A stretch of DNA of 63,525 bases, counting the filler, from a bacterium (GTDB lineage: Bacteria > JALSQH01): NCBI GenBank assembly GCA_026985515.1. It is 3 parts of 3 records of this genome, joined end to end, with 100 filler letters (N's around TTAATTAATTAA, not from the genome) between each part and the next. Parts side by side here need not be neighbours in the genome. Positions count along the whole stretch, not along the records: positions 1 to 30,202 come from JALSQH010000193.1; 2 more parts are not named here. One strand, given 5' to 3'. Under the pieces are notes generated by a model. The model saw only the letters and a program-made list of their open reading frames with translations, was not told where the DNA came from and did no database searches. Position numbers and translations under genes: made by a program. Shown here one piece after another: positions 1-11,584 of this stretch (the first letter of the stretch is position 1; each line of letters begins with the position of its first letter).

Positions 1-1590
1 GAAGAATTGAGGGAGAAACTGAATGGAGTTTATGATCTTGAAAAGTTGGTGGCGAAGGTAATGACGGGAACAGTAAATCCGAGAGAACTGGGCAGGATCA
101 GAGACTCTCTTTCTGGAGTCTCTGAAGTAAAAAAGATTCTTGACAGGAGCATGGATGAGAGTATCAGAAAACTGGGAGAAATGCTGGCAGATTTTGAAGA
201 TCTTTATGATCTTCTTGACAGGGCACTTGTTGATTCACCGCCTGTTCTTTCCCGTGAAGGTGGTCTGATAAAAAGTGGATTTAGTAAGGAACTGGACGAA
301 TTAAGAGATTTGAAGGAGCATTCAGAAGAGATCTTGAGTGAAATTGAGGAAAGGGAGAGGGAAAGAACAGGGATACCTAACCTCAAGATTGGTTTTAATA
401 AGGTTTTTGGTTATTACATTGAGGTGTCAAAATCTTATCTCTCTCAGGTACCCGATGATTACATCAGAAAACAAACCCTTGTGGGAGGAGAAAGATTTAT
501 CACCAGAGAACTCAAGGAACTTGAAGAGAAGATTCTGACGGCTGACGAGAAAGCAAAGGAACTGGAGTATGAATTATTTATCACTCTCCGTGACAGTGTG
601 GCCAGTAGAGGGAAAAAACTTCAGGAAATAGCGGAGCAAATAGCCTTTATTGATGTTATAAGCAGCCTGGCATATCTGGCGGAAATTTACAATTATGTTG
701 AGCCAGAGATTGATGAAACCACTTCCATTGAAATTATTGATGGAAGACATCCTGTGGTGGAGCAGGCAACGAGAGATGAACCATTTGTTCCAAATTCCCT
801 GAAAATGGACACATCTTCTGAGCAGATCATCATTCTTACCGGCCCAAATATGGCGGGGAAATCCACCTTTCTCCGTCAGAATGCTCTTATAGTTCTGATG
901 GCTCAGATGGGCAGTTATGTGCCTGCTACGAAGGCCAGAATAGGAATTGTTGACAGATTATACAGCAGGGTTGGAGCCTCTGATAATCTTGCCAGGGGAC
1001 TCAGTACTTTTATGGTGGAAATGGTGGAAACCGCCAATATCTTAAATGGTGCAACGGAAAGGAGCTTCATCATTCTTGATGAGATTGGGAGAGGTACAAG
1101 CACCTTTGACGGAATAAGTATTGCCTGGGCAACAGTGGAGTACATCCACGATAAGATAGGTGCGAGAACTCTCTTTGCCACTCACTTCCATGAGTTAATG
1201 GAACTGGAGGAGAGGAAGAAAAGGGTTGTTAATTTTTCAATGGAGATTAAGGAACATCAGGGAAGAATACTGTTTATGAGAAGGGTCGTTAGAGGAGGGA
1301 GCAGTCACAGTTACGGAATTGAAGTGGCAAGGCTGGCCGGATTACCGGAAGAACTGCTCAGGAGGGCAAAGGAAATTCTATATACACTGGAGGAGGAAGA
1401 GCGTAAAAGCGGCAGAATCAGAAGAGGGAGGTATCAGGCTGAACAGCTGTCCCTTTTCAGGGATCCGGTGGAAGATTTGAAAGAGGAAATAATCCATTTC
1501 CTGTTAAAAGCTGATCTTAACAGGCTTACTCCTCTGGAGGCACTGGAAAAATTATTTCACTGGAAGGAGAAACTTGGGTCAGGTCAGTAA
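1..1590 (+). CDS. mutS: DNA mismatch repair protein MutS (5'-partial)
   Basis: Frame is open from base 1. Walker A TGPNMAGKST, DNLARGLSTFMVEM, LDEIGRGTST, FATHFHEL and the C-terminal LTPLEAL motif are present. Confidence 0.98.
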   Translation, partial: EELREKLNGVYDLEKLVAKVMTGTVNPRELGRIRDSLSGVSEVKKILDRSMDESIRKLGEMLADFEDLYDLLDRALVDSPPVLSREGGLIKSGFSKELDELRDLKEHSEEILSEIEERERERTGIPNLKIGFNKVFGYYIEVSKSYLSQVPDDYIRKQTLVGGERFITRELKELEEKILTADEKAKELEYELFITLRDSVASRGKKLQEIAEQIAFIDVISSLAYLAEIYNYVEPEIDETTSIEIIDGRHPVVEQATRDEPFVPNSLKMDTSSEQIIILTGPNMAGKSTFLRQNALIVLMAQMGSYVPATKARIGIVDRLYSRVGASDNLARGLSTFMVEMVETANILNGATERSFIILDEIGRGTSTFDGISIAWATVEYIHDKIGARTLFATHFHELMELEERKKRVVNFSMEIKEHQGRILFMRRVVRGGSSHSYGIEVARLAGLPEELLRRAKEILYTLEEEERKSGRIRRGRYQAEQLSLFRDPVEDLKEEIIHFLLKADLNRLTPLEALEKLFHWKEKLGSGQ

Positions 1591-1603
1591 GGATTTAAAA
1601 AAG

Positions 1604-2212
1604 ATGATTTTCTTTTATCTTGTTGCGCTCCTGCTGGTGGGGGTTCTTCACAGAGTCTTACCCTCCAGACACTGGCTCTGGATAATTGTTCCTGCATATT
1701 TCCTGTATATCCCATTGTTTACTGGCGTGAACCTGAATGAGACCGGGCTGAACATAAGAGAATGGAAGAGAGGGACAAGGGATTTTATCGTAGCCTCTCT
1801 TTTAATATTCCCGCCTTACGCAATTGGATTTCGTTACTTTTATATCTATGTCCTGGGGATCCCCTTTGCCCCTGGCTTCAGGGAGAATCTGGCCACACTG
1901 ATACTTTCAGAGTTCTTCTATGTAGCTCTTCCTGAGGAGTTTTTTTACAGGGGGTATGTGCAGGGAGTTTTGAGGAAGGAAAAGGACAGGGTCTATTTTG
2001 AGGTTGCAGGTTGCAGATTCACCAGAGCAATCTTTTTTACTAGTCTTCTTTTTGCACTGGGTCATTTTGTCATAGATTTCAATCCTGCAAGATTCAGTGT
2101 CTTCTTTCCATCGTTAATTTTTGGATGTTTGAAGGAAAGAAACAATGATTTAGTGGCTCCCATACTTTTTCATGCGTCTTCAAATATTTTAATGAAGTGG
2201 TTGATGGGATGA
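1604..2212 (+). CDS. CPBP (type II CAAX/Abi) glutamic-type intramembrane protease, myxosortase/MXAN_2755-like
   Basis: Multi-TM protein with EEFFYRG, FALGH and HASSN motifs. FFPSLIFGCLKER resembles myxosortase-type members (from memory). ATG at 1604 preferred over TTG at 1574. Confidence 0.85.
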   Translation: MIFFYLVALLLVGVLHRVLPSRHWLWIIVPAYFLYIPLFTGVNLNETGLNIREWKRGTRDFIVASLLIFPPYAIGFRYFYIYVLGIPFAPGFRENLATLILSEFFYVALPEEFFYRGYVQGVLRKEKDRVYFEVAGCRFTRAIFFTSLLFALGHFVIDFNPARFSVFFPSLIFGCLKERNNDLVAPILFHASSNILMKWLMG

Positions 2213-3654
2213 AGAAGGGTAGATGGGGAGAATTACTGGTTTTTTTGCTGGCTCTTCTCTTTTTTTCAGCAGGTCTGGAAAGTAAAAGTATATGGTATGA
2301 CGAAACCCTTTCCCTCATAATTTCGTCAGCTCCGCTTGGCAAGTTGTTCTTCTTCCTCAAATACTTTTCACCTCATCCCCCTGCTTATTTTCTCTTTTTG
2401 AAACCTCTCACACATATTGATTCACTCTTCCTGTGGAGGTTTCTCTCTGCTATCTTTGCATCTCTGGGAGCTGTGGCAATTTACAACTTCTTTTCAAAGA
2501 AAAGTTTCTCTCTTGCTATCTCCTTAACATTGCTCTTTATCCTGGCGCCCATCTCCCTTTACTATGCTCAGGAAATCAGAATGTACGCGATGATGGAAGG
2601 TCTTTCAGCCCTGCTGTTTGTGTTGCTGTTTGATTGTTATGAAAATTACACAGCGGCAAAGTGCTACGCTCTTTACCTTGTTTCAGTAATTTTTGCCCTT
2701 ACACATTATTTATCCATGCTGATTCTTGCGGGGCTTCTGGGAGGAATACTCCTGGCCTATTTTTATGAGGAAGAGAAGAAGAGAATAACACGATTATTTT
2801 TCCCCGTCGTTACGGGATTTATTTTAATTTTCCTGTGGTTTCTGAATGCCCGACATGCCCTGAGGGCTGCACAGAGCGGTGGCAGGGTCTGGCATCTTGG
2901 TTTTAAGTATTACTTTTCCATGCTTTCAAAGTTTTACCACCTGCCTTTTTATGCTGGAATGGTAGTTGTTACAATTATCATTGTACTTGCAATATACAAA
3001 ATTGTGAAGAGAAACAGCAGCTGGTTTTCTGAAATTACTGCACTCTTTGTAATTTTTTCCCCTTTCATTTTATTGCAGATGCATCCTCCTCATCACTGGC
3101 TCAATCCCCGTTATTTTATTGCTCTGCTCCCCCTTTATCTGATTGAATCTGGTAATCTGATAATTTTTCTTGGGGAAGTATTACGGAAAAAGAAAGTCAT
3201 TATTTATGCTACATCTCTCCTCATATTGATCTTTTTCTCCGCTTATGCCATAAGTTACGATGTGTACTATTTTAAAACAGACAAGCATGCATGGAAGGCT
3301 CTGATAAAGGATTTTGTTATCTCTGACATGAATACTTCGGTATTTCTTTTTGACCCGCCATACATGATGGTAAGCTTTACCTTTAATTTACCCACTCCAC
3401 TTGGTGAAAAACTGGAGATTTTCCATGTACCAAACAGAATTGTTTCATGGAGGAGAATAGATTTGAAATCTCCTCAAAAATCAATTTTCATTGCGCATCC
3501 ATCCTTTGTGCTGCAGAGAAAAGTTTTCAGTGAACTGAAGAGCAGAGGGTACAGAATTTACCTTGTTACCAGCAAAAAAGAAAAGGGCTATATTCCAGAA
3601 GAAATTTACAGGGTCATAGAGGGAAAACTTTATGTCTACAGGCTTGCCCCTTAA
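2209..3654 (+). CDS. GT-C fold membrane glycosyltransferase (GT39/PMT/ArnT-like)
   Basis: SIWYDE after the first TM, HPPAY and AQEIRMYA motifs, and many TM helices. The start overlaps the upstream stop (ATGA). Confidence 0.8.
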   Translation: MKKGRWGELLVFLLALLFFSAGLESKSIWYDETLSLIISSAPLGKLFFFLKYFSPHPPAYFLFLKPLTHIDSLFLWRFLSAIFASLGAVAIYNFFSKKSFSLAISLTLLFILAPISLYYAQEIRMYAMMEGLSALLFVLLFDCYENYTAAKCYALYLVSVIFALTHYLSMLILAGLLGGILLAYFYEEEKKRITRLFFPVVTGFILIFLWFLNARHALRAAQSGGRVWHLGFKYYFSMLSKFYHLPFYAGMVVVTIIIVLAIYKIVKRNSSWFSEITALFVIFSPFILLQMHPPHHWLNPRYFIALLPLYLIESGNLIIFLGEVLRKKKVIIYATSLLILIFFSAYAISYDVYYFKTDKHAWKALIKDFVISDMNTSVFLFDPPYMMVSFTFNLPTPLGEKLEIFHVPNRIVSWRRIDLKSPQKSIFIAHPSFVLQRKVFSELKSRGYRIYLVTSKKEKGYIPEEIYRVIEGKLYVYRLAP

Positions 3655-4900
3655 AGTTCTTCTGATAACTTCATATTTCCCGCCTGTTGCAGGTGCAGGT
3701 GTTTACAGATGGTATAATTTTGTGAAAATTCTGAAAGATAAAATTCAGTTCCATGTTTTGACGAGAAAACCTGAAGCCGGAGAAATTCTGGATCCCTCCC
3801 TCACAGAGGGAGTCAGTGATGTGCCTGTGTATTTTATTACACCTCTTTCTTTCAGCAGCATTTACAGAAAAATTAAGAGTGGAAAGAAAAATGGAAGTAG
3901 AGGCAGTGGAAGTGGAAGATTGCCGCTGATCCAGAGGTTTCTTCAATTACCTGATCAGAGGTTACCTGAGTTACCGCTTCTGGTGAGAGAGGGTGAGAGG
4001 ATCGTGAAGAAAAATATGATTGACATTATTATAGCAACGGCTCCTCACTATTCTTATCTGCTTGCAGGTGCCCTGTTGAAAAGAAAATTTCCGCAGATCA
4101 CTTTCATTGCTGATCTCAGAGATCCGTGGAGTCCGGCTCCACTCTTCCCATTTATCACTTCTTTCCACAGAGTAGCAAACATGAAAATGGAGAAATTTGT
4201 TCTTTCTTTAGCCGATAAAATCGTGGTGGTTAATGACGAAATGAAAAGATTGTACGTTGAAATATTCCCTGCTTTTTCTGATAAAGTTGAGGTGGTTTAC
4301 AATGGTTTTAACGAAGAGGATCTTGGAGTGTCTGTTAGGCCTATCAAAGATGGAAAATTTTGGTTTTCCTACATTGGTACACTTTACACTTACAGGGACC
4401 CCACCATCATAATTGAGGGGGCAAAACTGATAAGAAGTGATCTTGAGAGAAAAAAAGCAAAAATTTTGTTTGTGGGAGAGTTAAAGCCTCCATGGAATGT
4501 AGAACTTGGAAGATTAATTGAAAGAGAGAATCTTTGTGACCTTGTGAGAATCCCTGGCTTTGTTCAAAAGGAGAGGGCAAATGGTTACCTCTCCGTTTCA
4601 GATGCTCTTTTTCACATTGTTGGAGATTATTCAGCTGGTTTGTCTGGTAAAATATATGAGTATCTTTATTTTGAAAAGCCTGTTTGCGTGGTGGGAAGCG
4701 CCGCTGATGTGGTTTTGAAATTGTTCGAGGAAGTTGAATTCAGGGGATGGAAATTGTGCAAAACTCCTGAGGATGTGGCACTTTTCATATCTGAATTTTT
4801 AAAGGGAAAATTGAAAGCCAGTGTAAACAGGAGAAAATTACTCAAATTTACAAGAAAAAAACAGGCTGAAAAATTGCTTAAAATTATGATGGAGAATTGA
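3632..4900 (+). CDS. Glycosyltransferase family 4
   Basis: YFPP-GAGVYR N-terminus, DLRDPW, YNGF and GKIYEY motifs. Confidence 0.9.
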   Translation: MSTGLPLKVLLITSYFPPVAGAGVYRWYNFVKILKDKIQFHVLTRKPEAGEILDPSLTEGVSDVPVYFITPLSFSSIYRKIKSGKKNGSRGSGSGRLPLIQRFLQLPDQRLPELPLLVREGERIVKKNMIDIIIATAPHYSYLLAGALLKRKFPQITFIADLRDPWSPAPLFPFITSFHRVANMKMEKFVLSLADKIVVVNDEMKRLYVEIFPAFSDKVEVVYNGFNEEDLGVSVRPIKDGKFWFSYIGTLYTYRDPTIIIEGAKLIRSDLERKKAKILFVGELKPPWNVELGRLIERENLCDLVRIPGFVQKERANGYLSVSDALFHIVGDYSAGLSGKIYEYLYFEKPVCVVGSAADVVLKLFEEVEFRGWKLCKTPEDVALFISEFLKGKLKASVNRRKLLKFTRKKQAEKLLKIMMEN

Positions 4901-4902
4901 GA

Positions 4903-5625
4903 ATGCGGATCGCGGGAGTGAGAGTTGACGATATTACCTGGAATGAACTGGTTGAAAGGGTTGAGAATGCAATAAATGAAATGAAAAAAATAACAATAGG
5001 TTATCTGAACATTCATGTCTGGAACATGGCAAGGATCCATGAAGAGGTTAGATCCTTCCTTGAACATGCAGATATAGTTTACTGTGATGGAAAAGGCATT
5101 CAGATTGGAGCCAGACTGCTGGGGTTGAATATAAGAGAGAGATATACAGGGGCTTTTTTTATTGAGGATCTCGCTGAAATAGTGGCTGAACAGGGATGGA
5201 AAATTTTCGTCGTGGGGGGTAGGGAAGGGGTGGCTGAAAAGGCGTGTGAGAGTCTTAAAGAGAGATTTCCTTCTTTTAATTGCGCTGGAACACATCATGG
5301 TTATATTGGAGGAATGGAAGGTAAGGTGGTGGAAGCAATAAACAGAGCAGGTGCCGACATCGTTTTTGTGGGTATGGGTACTCCGCGGCAGGAAGAGTTT
5401 GTACTCCAGTATAGAGATGGTATTGACGCTCCGGTAGTATGGTGTGTTGGTGCTCTTTTTGATTATGTGGCAGGTGTTCAGAAGAGGGCTCCCCGATGGA
5501 TGAGTGAAGCTGGCCTTGAGTGGTTTTTCAGATTGATAACTGATCCTGCAAGATTGTGGAGAAGATACCTTATTGGAAACACAAAATTTTTCGTTAAAAT
5601 ATTTTTAGAGAAGCTTGGAAAATGA
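4903..5625 (+). CDS. WecG/TagA/CpsF family glycosyltransferase
   Basis: DGKGI, GTHHGY, VGMGTPRQE, GALFDY, RAP-W and GLEW motifs. Confidence 0.93.
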   Translation: MRIAGVRVDDITWNELVERVENAINEMKKITIGYLNIHVWNMARIHEEVRSFLEHADIVYCDGKGIQIGARLLGLNIRERYTGAFFIEDLAEIVAEQGWKIFVVGGREGVAEKACESLKERFPSFNCAGTHHGYIGGMEGKVVEAINRAGADIVFVGMGTPRQEEFVLQYRDGIDAPVVWCVGALFDYVAGVQKRAPRWMSEAGLEWFFRLITDPARLWRRYLIGNTKFFVKIFLEKLGK

Positions 5626-7001
5626 AAAATTACAGAAAGTTGAAAACAGTTCTTGTTCTAATTGATTCAGTAGCAGTTGCTCTTGGATGGGTGAGTTCTT
5701 ATTTTATCAGATTGTGGTTAAGTGATATCTTTGGTAAGCCAATAAATCCCTTTAGAGTGTATCTGGATGTTTTGCCTCTGGTTGTTATTCTCTGGGTCAC
5801 TGGGAATGCCTCCTTTGGACTTTATCAGAGGATAAGAAGTAAAACCGGATTCGAAGACCTCACCAAGATACTCAAAGCAGATTTTATGGGGCTTCTCATC
5901 CTCATGGCAATGGGTTTCCTCTTCAAAGAGTACGATTTTGGTAGAAGTGTTGTGTTGCTTACAGGAATAACGAATTTTATCTTTCTGTCGGCAGGGAGAT
6001 GGCTTTTCAGAAAATATGAAAAACATCTCATTAAAAAGGGAATTGGAGTTACCCGTGCCCTGATAATTGGCGCAGGTACAACCGGTATCAGGGCACTGCA
6101 GAAGATAACTGATGACCCGGAAATGGGATATGAGGTCGTGGGATTCCTTGACGATGATCCTTTGAAGCAGGGAAAGAAGATTGGAAAAACCCCTGTTCTT
6201 GGTCCCCTCTCTGCCCTCAGAGAGACAGTCATAAAGAACAAAGTTGATGAAATAATTTTTGCAATTCCCGGCCTGCCGCATAAAAGAATACTGAGCATGA
6301 TAATGGAAGTGGATGATCTGGATCTCACAATCAGGGTAGTTTCTGATCTGTTTGGTGTCCTGGCACATGAAACAAATATTGACCTCATTGAAGATTTTCC
6401 AATTTTTGACCTTAAAGGAGGCAGAGCTGGACCACTGTATGATATTGCCAAAAGGATTTTTGATCTTGTTCTGGCCACAGCCGGTCTCATCATAACACTT
6501 CCCCTGTGGGTAATTATTGCCATAGCAATAAAACTTGATTCACCTGGTCCAGTGCTGTTTAAACAGGAGAGGGTGGGGAAAAATGGGAAGATTTTCATCA
6601 TGTATAAATTCAGGACGATGTACAAAGATACACCAAAATTCTCCTATGCCCCTTCTGATAAAAATGATCCCAGGATAACAAGAGTTGGAAGATTTCTGAG
6701 GACCACAAGTCTTGATGAACTGCCCCAGTTAATAAATGTAATTAAAGGTGAAATGAGTCTTGTGGGACCCCGACCTGAGATGCCATTTATCGTGGAACAG
6801 TATGAGGACTGGCAGAGAAAGAGACTTGAAGTCCTGCCCGGAATAACAGGATTGTGGCAGATTCTGGGTAGAAAGGATCTCCCCCTCCATGAAAATCTTG
6901 AGTATGATTTCTACTACATAAAAAACAGATCCTTCTGGCTTGATCTCTCCATCCTCCTCAAAACCATTCCCATTCTCATAAAAAGGAAGGGTGCATATTA
7001 A
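5622..7001 (+). CDS. Polyprenyl-phosphate glycosylphosphotransferase (WcaJ-like priming transferase)
   Basis: N-terminal TMs, Rossmann-like IIGAG segment, then KRIFD, KFRTM, SLDELPQ, GEMSLVGPRPE and PGITGLWQ. Confidence 0.93.
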   Translation: MKNYRKLKTVLVLIDSVAVALGWVSSYFIRLWLSDIFGKPINPFRVYLDVLPLVVILWVTGNASFGLYQRIRSKTGFEDLTKILKADFMGLLILMAMGFLFKEYDFGRSVVLLTGITNFIFLSAGRWLFRKYEKHLIKKGIGVTRALIIGAGTTGIRALQKITDDPEMGYEVVGFLDDDPLKQGKKIGKTPVLGPLSALRETVIKNKVDEIIFAIPGLPHKRILSMIMEVDDLDLTIRVVSDLFGVLAHETNIDLIEDFPIFDLKGGRAGPLYDIAKRIFDLVLATAGLIITLPLWVIIAIAIKLDSPGPVLFKQERVGKNGKIFIMYKFRTMYKDTPKFSYAPSDKNDPRITRVGRFLRTTSLDELPQLINVIKGEMSLVGPRPEMPFIVEQYEDWQRKRLEVLPGITGLWQILGRKDLPLHENLEYDFYYIKNRSFWLDLSILLKTIPILIKRKGAY

Positions 7002-7003
7002 GT

Positions 7004-7031
7004 TTGACATCCCCCCCCATTGATATATAAT
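7004..7031 (+). promoter_or_regulatory. Sigma70-type promoter of metK-ahcY
   Basis: TTGACA (7004-7009), a 16-bp spacer containing C8, and TATAAT (7026-7031). Both hexamers are perfect consensus. Confidence 0.8.
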
Positions 7032-7061
7032 GTTTTAAAATCAGCAAAAAGGCAGGTTAAA

Positions 7062-9559
<2,498 letters not shown>

Positions 9560-9568
9560 GGTTTTATT

Positions 9569-9952
9569 ATGAATGATAGAAGGCGGGATAAAAGAACCCC
9601 TGTTAAGGTATGGGCAATAAATAATGCCAACAATGAGTTTGCCGTCTGGTTTTCAACAGATCCACCTGGTGGTGATGATTTCAGATTTGCCTATTCAACG
9701 AAGGATCTCAGTTACTATGGTGTATTTCTTGAAAGCACCTCTCCCCTGAGTGTGGGAACCATACTTGATCTTGAGCTGAACATTCCCACGGGTAAGGGCG
9801 TAAGAGTAAAGGGTAAAGTCGTGAGAGTGGTTGATCCGGAGGAGGCTCTCGCCACAGGGGAAACCCCCGGAATGGGTGTGGAATTTCAACCTGCCACTGA
9901 ACTGGAGAGAGAGGTAATAAAGGAGTTCGTGGACTACTTCAGGAAAAAATAG
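9569..9952 (+). CDS. PilZ domain protein (putative c-di-GMP receptor)
   Basis: RRDKR fits RxxxR, DLSYYG fits DxSxxG, and PGMGVEF lies near the C-terminus. Confidence 0.88.
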   Translation: MNDRRRDKRTPVKVWAINNANNEFAVWFSTDPPGGDDFRFAYSTKDLSYYGVFLESTSPLSVGTILDLELNIPTGKGVRVKGKVVRVVDPEEALATGETPGMGVEFQPATELEREVIKEFVDYFRKK

Positions 9953-9992
9953 GACCACTTTTCGTAAAACTTTGTTTTAGTTTCTGATATAC

Positions 9993-10040
9993 CCCCAATA
10001 TATTGTTGCTTGAGTTCGTCTAACCCACTAAATAAAGGAA
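9993..10040. promoter_or_regulatory. Tandem NrdR-box-like sites
   Basis: CCCCAATATATTGTTG (9993-10008) and CCACTAAATAAAGGAA (10025-10040) are offset by 32 bp and resemble the acaCwAtATaTwGtg consensus. Confidence 0.45.
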
Positions 10041-10087
10041 AATTTTCCCCGTTTTATTCTCTTCCCGATTAATTTTTCAGTAAGGGC

Positions 10088-10116
10088 TTGACATTTGAAA
10101 ATCACATTGCTAATAT
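10088..10116 (+). promoter_or_regulatory. Sigma70-type promoter of the mraZ/dcw operon
   Basis: TTGACA (10088-10093), a 17-bp spacer, and an extended -10 TGcTAATAT (-10 at 10111-10116). Confidence 0.8.
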
Positions 10117-10117
10117 G

Positions 10118-10154
10118 AAGTGGAGTAAAGTGGAGTGAAGTGGAGTAAAGTGGA
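10118..10154 (+). promoter_or_regulatory. MraZ-binding direct repeats
   Basis: Four AAGTGGA(G) units with exact 10-bp period (10118, 10128, 10138, 10148) directly downstream of the -10. They match known GTGGAG/TGGG MraZ boxes. Confidence 0.9.
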
Positions 10155-10201
10155 TGGATGAACAATTGAAATTAAATCAGGAACTTGAAGATAGCTGGAA
10201 A

Positions 10202-10669
10202 ATGCAATTTATTGGACAGTACCATCAGACAATGGATAGTAAAGGCAGGATAGTTCTTCCATCCACTTTCAAGGAAATCCTGATCCACTACTATGGTGGT
10301 GAAGTTGGGATCAATACATCTTTTGAGGACCCGGATGGAAAACTCCTCATCGTTTTTCCTCTTCCTGTTCTTGCCAGGAGATTAAACGTAATAAGAGAGT
10401 TAATGTCCAAAAATGAAAATATGCGCTACCTCTTTGAACATTACTCGGGCTCTATTCGTGGGACCATTGATTCACAGGGCAGAATAGTGGTGCCACAGCA
10501 ATTGAGGAGTGGAAGATTGAATAAAAATATTGTTGTTCACGGGAGGCTTGACACAATCGTACTCTGGGATATGGAATACTTTGAAAACAAATTCAGACCT
10601 GAATCGGAGGAACTGGAGAATATCAAAGAAACTTTGAGAAATTCCGGGAATCTCGATTTACTTTTCTGA
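10202..10669 (+). CDS. mraZ: Division/cell wall cluster transcriptional repressor MraZ
   Basis: FIGQY..MDSKGR and DSQGRI (two DxxxR motifs); first gene before rsmH. Alternative start at 10154. Confidence 0.92.
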   Translation: MQFIGQYHQTMDSKGRIVLPSTFKEILIHYYGGEVGINTSFEDPDGKLLIVFPLPVLARRLNVIRELMSKNENMRYLFEHYSGSIRGTIDSQGRIVVPQQLRSGRLNKNIVVHGRLDTIVLWDMEYFENKFRPESEELENIKETLRNSGNLDLLF

Positions 10670-10684
10670 ATATAAGGGCGGGCA

Positions 10685-11581
10685 ATGTTTGGTGCAGAAA
10701 AACCATTAGTTTTGCACAGGCCGGTAATGAAGAGGGAAGTTGTGGAATTCCTTCTTGTAGATCGAGATGGTGTATATCTGGATCTCACTTTTGGACGTGG
10801 TGGGCATGCAGAGGCGATCCTGGAACAACTTTCAGAAAAAGGTTCAATATATGTGGTGGACTGGAATAGAGAAGCATTTGAGCATGCACTTCGTATGGCA
10901 GAAGTGGATAGCAGGGTTCATCCATTTCTTGGAAATTACGGTGACCTGGATTTTATGGAGAAAAATTTTAAAGGAAAAGAATTTAATGGAATTATTGCTG
11001 ATCTTGGACTCTCAATGGATCTGATAAAAATCAGTGGCAGAGGATTTTCATTTATGAAAGATGAGCCTCTTGATATGAGATATGGTGATGGAGAGTTGAC
11101 CGCTGAATATGTTATCAACAGTTATTCAAAAAGGGATCTTGCAAGAATATTCAAAGAGTATGGAGAGGAAAAAAAGGCTGAAGTTGTGGCGGAGGAGATA
11201 GTTAGGGAAAGAAGAAAGAAAAGGATCGAAACCACCCTTCATCTTGTTTCAATAATTGAGAGGCATTTGAAAAAACGGGGGAGGATTCATCCGGCTACCA
11301 GAATCTTTCAGGCATTGAGGATAGAGGTAAATGATGAACTTGGTAATCTGAGGAGGATGCTCAGTTTTATTCCAGAGGTGGTGAAGAAAGGAAGCAGACT
11401 TGCTGTTATAACCTATCATTCTCTTGAGGATAGAATCGTGAAGGAAAAATTCAGGGAGTGGGAGATGAATGGGATGGGTAAAAGAGTTGTGAAGAAGGTG
11501 ATTGTGCCATCTGAGGAAGAGAAGAGAAACAATCCTGCTTCCAGAAGTGCAAAAATGAGAGTTTTTGAATTTGGGAGGTAA
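10685..11581 (+). CDS. rsmH: 16S rRNA m4C1402 methyltransferase RsmH
   Basis: HRPVM, DLTFGRGGH, PLDMR, HPATRIFQALRIEVNDE and NPASRSAKMR motifs. Confidence 0.97.
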   Translation: MFGAEKPLVLHRPVMKREVVEFLLVDRDGVYLDLTFGRGGHAEAILEQLSEKGSIYVVDWNREAFEHALRMAEVDSRVHPFLGNYGDLDFMEKNFKGKEFNGIIADLGLSMDLIKISGRGFSFMKDEPLDMRYGDGELTAEYVINSYSKRDLARIFKEYGEEKKAEVVAEEIVRERRKKRIETTLHLVSIIERHLKKRGRIHPATRIFQALRIEVNDELGNLRRMLSFIPEVVKKGSRLAVITYHSLEDRIVKEKFREWEMNGMGKRVVKKVIVPSEEEKRNNPASRSAKMRVFEFGR

Positions 11582-11584
11582 AAA

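Noticed and set aside
4666-6625. Long antisense ORFs (4666-5298, 5718-6368, 5825-6625)
   Set aside because: They shadow well-supported plus-strand genes and have no motifs.
7002-7061. SAM riboswitch upstream of metK
   Set aside because: The predicted leader is only about 25 nt and no aptamer structure is visible.
10118-10154. Short direct repeats as a CRISPR array or microsatellite
   Set aside because: They have a 10-bp period, no unique spacers and no cas genes, and are explained as MraZ boxes.
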